A stretch of DNA of 63,757 bases, counting the filler, from an uncultured Candidatus Sumerlaeota bacterium (GTDB lineage Bacteria; CAYMEV01): assembly GCA_964389675.1 (NCBI GenBank). It is 4 parts of 4 records of this genome, joined end to end, with 100 filler letters (N's around TTAATTAATTAA, not from the genome) between each part and the next. Parts side by side here need not be neighbours in the genome. Positions count along the whole stretch, not along the records: positions 49,998 to 63,757 come from CAYMEV010000038.1; 3 more parts are not named here. One strand, given 5' to 3'. The translations under genes and the position numbers were made by a program. The notes below the pieces were generated by a model, which did no database searches, had not been told where the DNA came from, and worked only from the letters and a program-made list of their open reading frames with translations. Below, one piece after another: positions 60,037 through 63,757 of the stretch (position 1 is its first letter; every line of letters starts with the position of its first letter).

Positions 60037-61530
60037 ATGAGGCAGGCTGTTTTCTATTTTTTAATTGCTTTATTTTTATCAGCAATAATGACAGGTTACC
60101 AGTCAGGTGACTCAGTATCCCTTTTCCCTCTTATAAATTCAAACGGGCCAGTCCCTGTATACCGCTTTTTCAATACAGTTCGAGGCGGTCATCTATACAC
60201 TATATCGGAAGCAGAGAGGGATTATATTATGGAAAATCTTCCTCAGTGGACTTTTGAAGGCATTAAGTTTTATGTCCATTCTTATCAGGCTTCTGGTTCC
60301 TGTCCAGTTTACCGCTTTTTCAACACAAGGACAGGCATTCACTTCTACACAATTAACGAGGCAGAACGAGACAGCGTGATGCAGCTTCCTCAGTACAACT
60401 ATGAGGGAGTCAAGTTTTATGTATTTGCAAATTTTGCTTCAGATACAACACCTGTATACAGGTTCTTCAACCATGTTAGGGGAGGGCACCTGTATACCAT
60501 CAGCGAGACAGAGAGAGATGCTGTAATGCAGCTTCCAAATTGGACATATGAAGGAATATGCTTCTATGTATATCCGCAGGAGATTAGCAGCGATGCACCT
60601 GTCCCAAGCACCGGACAGACAACGGCCTACAGGACAGGTGATGACGGTGACCTGGAGATGGGCGTTCCGTGGCCCAGCCCGCGATTTACAGATAACGCTG
60701 ATGAAACTGTGACCGACAACCTGACAGGGCTGATGTGGGCAAAGAATGCAAACATTGACGGGACCAGGACATGGAACGATGCAGTAGATTACTGCAATAC
60801 CCTGGATTATGCAGGTTATAATGACTGGCGCCTTCCCAATGTTCGCGAGCTCTACAGCCTGATTGATATTTCAGAGCATACTCCCGGACTGCCTGAAGGA
60901 AATCCTTATACAGGGATACAGAACGGGTATTACTGGTCATCTTCAACTTATGCATTCAGCCCTGATTATGCCTGGGCTGTCTATATCTACTATGGCAATG
61001 TGGATTGCAGTTCAAAGACGCCAGCCTATTATGTCTGGCCTGTAAGGAGTATCTCAGATGGGGATGCCCCCATACCCAGGACCGGCCAGACAGCAAGCTA
61101 CAGGACAGGTGATGACGGTGACCTGGAGATGGGTGTCCCGTGGCCCAAATCAAGATTTACGGACAATGGAGATGGCACTGTAACTGATAATCTAACAGGG
61201 CTTATGTGGGCAAGGGATGCAAACCTGGCTGGAGCAAAAAACTGGAATGATGCTATAGATTTCTGTAATGCACTTGATCATGGTGATCATAGCGACTGGC
61301 GTCTGCCCAATGTACGAGAACTGTCAAGCCTGAATGATTTCGGGGAATATGACATAGGATTGCCAGCAGGGCATCCGTTTCTGGAGATTAAATCCTATCA
61401 CTACTGGTCATCCTCTACTGATGCTTACAGCTCGGAGTATGCGTGGAGCGTGAGCATGATTGATGGCAATATGCTCAATGATGATAAAGCTAATACAAAT
61501 TATGTATGGCCTGTCAGGGGGGGCCAATGA
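60037..61530 (+). CDS. Secreted protein: N-terminal triple PVYRFFN repeat + two DUF1566/Lcl domains
   Basis: Signal peptide; three PVYRFFN..HLYTI.E.ERD repeats; two TGQ..DDG..RFTDN..DWRLPNVREL..YWSSST..VWPVR domains. Confidence 0.88.
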   Translation: MRQAVFYFLIALFLSAIMTGYQSGDSVSLFPLINSNGPVPVYRFFNTVRGGHLYTISEAERDYIMENLPQWTFEGIKFYVHSYQASGSCPVYRFFNTRTGIHFYTINEAERDSVMQLPQYNYEGVKFYVFANFASDTTPVYRFFNHVRGGHLYTISETERDAVMQLPNWTYEGICFYVYPQEISSDAPVPSTGQTTAYRTGDDGDLEMGVPWPSPRFTDNADETVTDNLTGLMWAKNANIDGTRTWNDAVDYCNTLDYAGYNDWRLPNVRELYSLIDISEHTPGLPEGNPYTGIQNGYYWSSSTYAFSPDYAWAVYIYYGNVDCSSKTPAYYVWPVRSISDGDAPIPRTGQTASYRTGDDGDLEMGVPWPKSRFTDNGDGTVTDNLTGLMWARDANLAGAKNWNDAIDFCNALDHGDHSDWRLPNVRELSSLNDFGEYDIGLPAGHPFLEIKSYHYWSSSTDAYSSEYAWSVSMIDGNMLNDDKANTNYVWPVRGGQ

Positions 61531-61535
61531 TATAT

Positions 61536-61556
61536 GGGACAGCTCGCTGCTGTCCC
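61536..61556. other. 8-bp GC-rich hairpin without U-tract, 5 nt after the DUF1566 gene stop
   Basis: GGGACAGC-TCGCT-GCTGTCCC. Confidence 0.7.
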
Positions 61557-61817
61557 TGGATAAAAAAAATAATTTAATTTGGAATTATAATTCCTGGAGA
61601 GTATGAGATCCTGTTCATCAAATTGACTATGCAGTTTCGCTTTTAATGCGAAGAGAAGATATCACTGTTAGTTTATAATATGCAAAAAGAACAATAAAGA
61701 CTTAAAATGCTCATATTATAAAACCCATAATAAGATCCTCATTCTTAGTCTGCTATTATCTTAGATATGAAGATATTTTTATAAATTTATTATATCATAA
61801 GTTGCTATATACTGCGT

Positions 61818-62157
61818 TTTTCTGCACTTCAAAACCAGATGTGGCAGATTGCACTGGATGATTCATGAGCTATGCATAAGAAGTATATTCTTCAGGGATA
61901 TTTATAAAGCTGAGCATAGAATACCCTGACTATCCATACTCAATATGTGCCGGATCCTTTACACCCTTGAATATTCCAATCCTGTCATTTCAAAGGCAGG
62001 CTCCGCGAAATGGGCTCTATATAAATTTCCTCAATGGAGTCATATTATTAAATCTGCACTCAGGTCATATGCTGAAAAAACAGGTCCCGGAGACCGGAAG
62101 ATCATGGAAAACGGTGTAAAGACCATATATGATTATGCCAGGAAAGTGTTTGTCTGA
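61818..62157 (+). pseudogene. Degraded partial duplicate of the 59078-59824 nucleotidyltransferase
   Basis: Near-identical 3' half (GGATCCTTTACACCCTTGAATATTCCAATCCTGTCATTTCAAAGGCAGG); upstream part has TGG->TGA and a deletion. Confidence 0.88.
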
Positions 62158-62324
62158 AAAGATTCATGCCTTGTTGATAATTCACAATTTTAATACTGCT
62201 GTTATAACATGAATCAGGGATTTCAGAATTACCACTACTGCCTGCAGCTAAGGTATGCCCAGGCCCCCAAACTATCCTGCCCATAAATATTGCGGGGCTT
62301 CCTGAGCATATGTATTAATATATA

Positions 62325-63757
62325 TCAGAACATCCATTTCAGCCTTGTCCTGTAAGTATCGCTGACCGTGCCTCCTGTGGATATTGATTCAAGGAGGTAG
62401 AAATAATCGCCTTTATCCTTCACACTGTCCGTAAAGCTGTAGTCATGGGGTGATGATGAACTCCCCTGGCCCGGTATTATGCCATTATTCAGCTTCACCG
62501 GGATAATGGATACAAACGGGCTTGCCTTTCCTGCCTTTAGCCTGAAAAGGTTAAACCCCAGGTTATCTGCCTCTGATACAGTCCTCCACCTGATACTGAC
62601 ATTCCCTGATACTCCCCTGGCGCTGAATGACTCAAGCTCCACAGGCAGGAGAAGCTCCCTGAATGCCCGGTTATTGATCACATTTATGTCATTGGGCTCA
62701 GTATCGGTCACTTCCACGGTTATTATATAAGCACGGGGGTCCATGGATCCGTCCGTATCCCACAGGATATCAATGTCCTCATATTCGCCGGGCTGTATTT
62801 CCCCGCATGGAACAGACCCTATAAGCTGAAGGTTTGTATTCGGCTGCAGGCTATGGTAGAAGCTGACAATGCCTGATAATAATGGTTCATTGCCTATATT
62901 GCGTATCCTTGCACTGATCTCCACTGTATCTCCAGGCAGGGGATTTTCTGGAAAATACCCGATCTCATCAGCAGATACCGCAGCATCAGCACCGTCTGTC
63001 CCCGCATCCATCTTGGCTATGAACTCGCCACCGTCCTCCCAGTCAAACTCATAGGTGCCCGGCTCACCGGGCTCCCCGAAATATGTTATTTCCTGAAACC
63101 CCCCGCTTATATAGGAATTGCCTGAATTGTCCACTGCAATGCCGCTGCAGTAAGTAGTATATGTTCCCCCTGCCTGCTCTACCCAGATGAAATTGCCCGC
63201 AGGATCGATCTTGGCTATATATACATCTATATATCCCCTGGCCAATATCTTTATCTGGTTTATATCACCGGGCTTACCGAAGGTAGAATAATTCCTGAAA
63301 TGGCCTGTAGCATAGCAATTGCCTGAATCATCCAGGGCAATTCCCCTGCCATAATCATCATTATGCCCACCTGCCTGATTAGCCCACAGGAAGTTTCCCT
63401 CCGGGTCAAGTTTGGCTATAAAGGCATCAAAGCTCCCCCTTGATTCAAGGCTTATCGTCCCGGGCTGGCCAGGAGAGCCAAAAAATATAAGGCCTATGAA
63501 ATGTCCTGTTATAAATGAATTGCCCATATCATCAACGGCAATGTCCTTGCCAGAAGAATAATCATCATAAACTCCGCCCTGTTTTACCCAGAGGAAACGG
63601 CCATCAGGGTCAATCTTTGCTATGAACACATCCTGAATGCCGTAGGCGGTCATTGGGATTGCATCCGGGTCTTCAGGGTATCCAAAACATACAGTATTAT
63701 TGAAGAAGCCTGTAACATAGGAATTGCCGTAAGAATCAGCATCAATACCATAGGGCT
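62325..63757 (-). CDS. SBBP repeat protein with CARDB and terminal LPVEL Ig-like domain; 5' end beyond the window
   Basis: IAVD..GNS..TG.F..D.FIAK.D..G.F.W repeats; C-terminal ~220 aa homologous to the 7033-9750 protein; frame open to the window end. Confidence 0.88.
   Translation of the reverse strand, partial: PYGIDADSYGNSYVTGFFNNTVCFGYPEDPDAIPMTAYGIQDVFIAKIDPDGRFLWVKQGGVYDDYSSGKDIAVDDMGNSFITGHFIGLIFFGSPGQPGTISLESRGSFDAFIAKLDPEGNFLWANQAGGHNDDYGRGIALDDSGNCYATGHFRNYSTFGKPGDINQIKILARGYIDVYIAKIDPAGNFIWVEQAGGTYTTYCSGIAVDNSGNSYISGGFQEITYFGEPGEPGTYEFDWEDGGEFIAKMDAGTDGADAAVSADEIGYFPENPLPGDTVEISARIRNIGNEPLLSGIVSFYHSLQPNTNLQLIGSVPCGEIQPGEYEDIDILWDTDGSMDPRAYIITVEVTDTEPNDINVINNRAFRELLLPVELESFSARGVSGNVSIRWRTVSEADNLGFNLFRLKAGKASPFVSIIPVKLNNGIIPGQGSSSSPHDYSFTDSVKDKGDYFYLLESISTGGTVSDTYRTRLKWMF

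Noticed and set aside
303..61530. Complete DGR (RT + TR + VR) within the window
   Set aside because: No reverse transcriptase or AAC-rich non-coding template repeat was seen; the four DUF1566 ends differ at all base types, not only at adenines.

Overview
This window is not one contiguous locus. It is four AT-rich bacterial contigs (A 1-17750, B 17851-34320, C 34421-49897, D 49998-63757) joined by artificial N-TTAATTAATTAA-N linkers, plus one true N gap at 46977-47076. Adjacency across the linkers is meaningless. The content is mostly accessory. It includes large secreted modular proteins (FG-GAP + 2x DUF1566/Lcl; SBBP propeller + CARDB + LPVxL Ig-like domain, twice; a gingipain-like C25 protease + triple repeat; triple repeat + 2x DUF1566; a WDG-repeat propeller), an Adc-family/SDR/membrane operon, a YtrA-type GntR-ABC operon, two tandem Ser/Thr kinase-STAND ATPase-TPR genes, TetR-RND efflux, and an atypical ClpX-like ATPase with an Sm-like N-terminus. 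There is also a small core block (phosphodiesterase, gamma-CA family, NtrC-type regulator, mtaB), several antibiotic-modifying-like enzymes, a glutamate-cysteine ligase + circularly permuted ATP-grasp pair, and IS3-family remnants. No rRNA, tRNA, CRISPR array or reverse transcriptase was seen. Best leads: (1) a combinatorial set of exchangeable modules shared among secreted proteins, with DGR-target-like DUF1566 ends; (2) the re-wired ClpX paralog; (3) the kinase-STAND-TPR receptor pair; (4) the GCS2/CP-ATP-grasp peptide ligase pair. All family assignments come from motif recognition by eye, not database searches.
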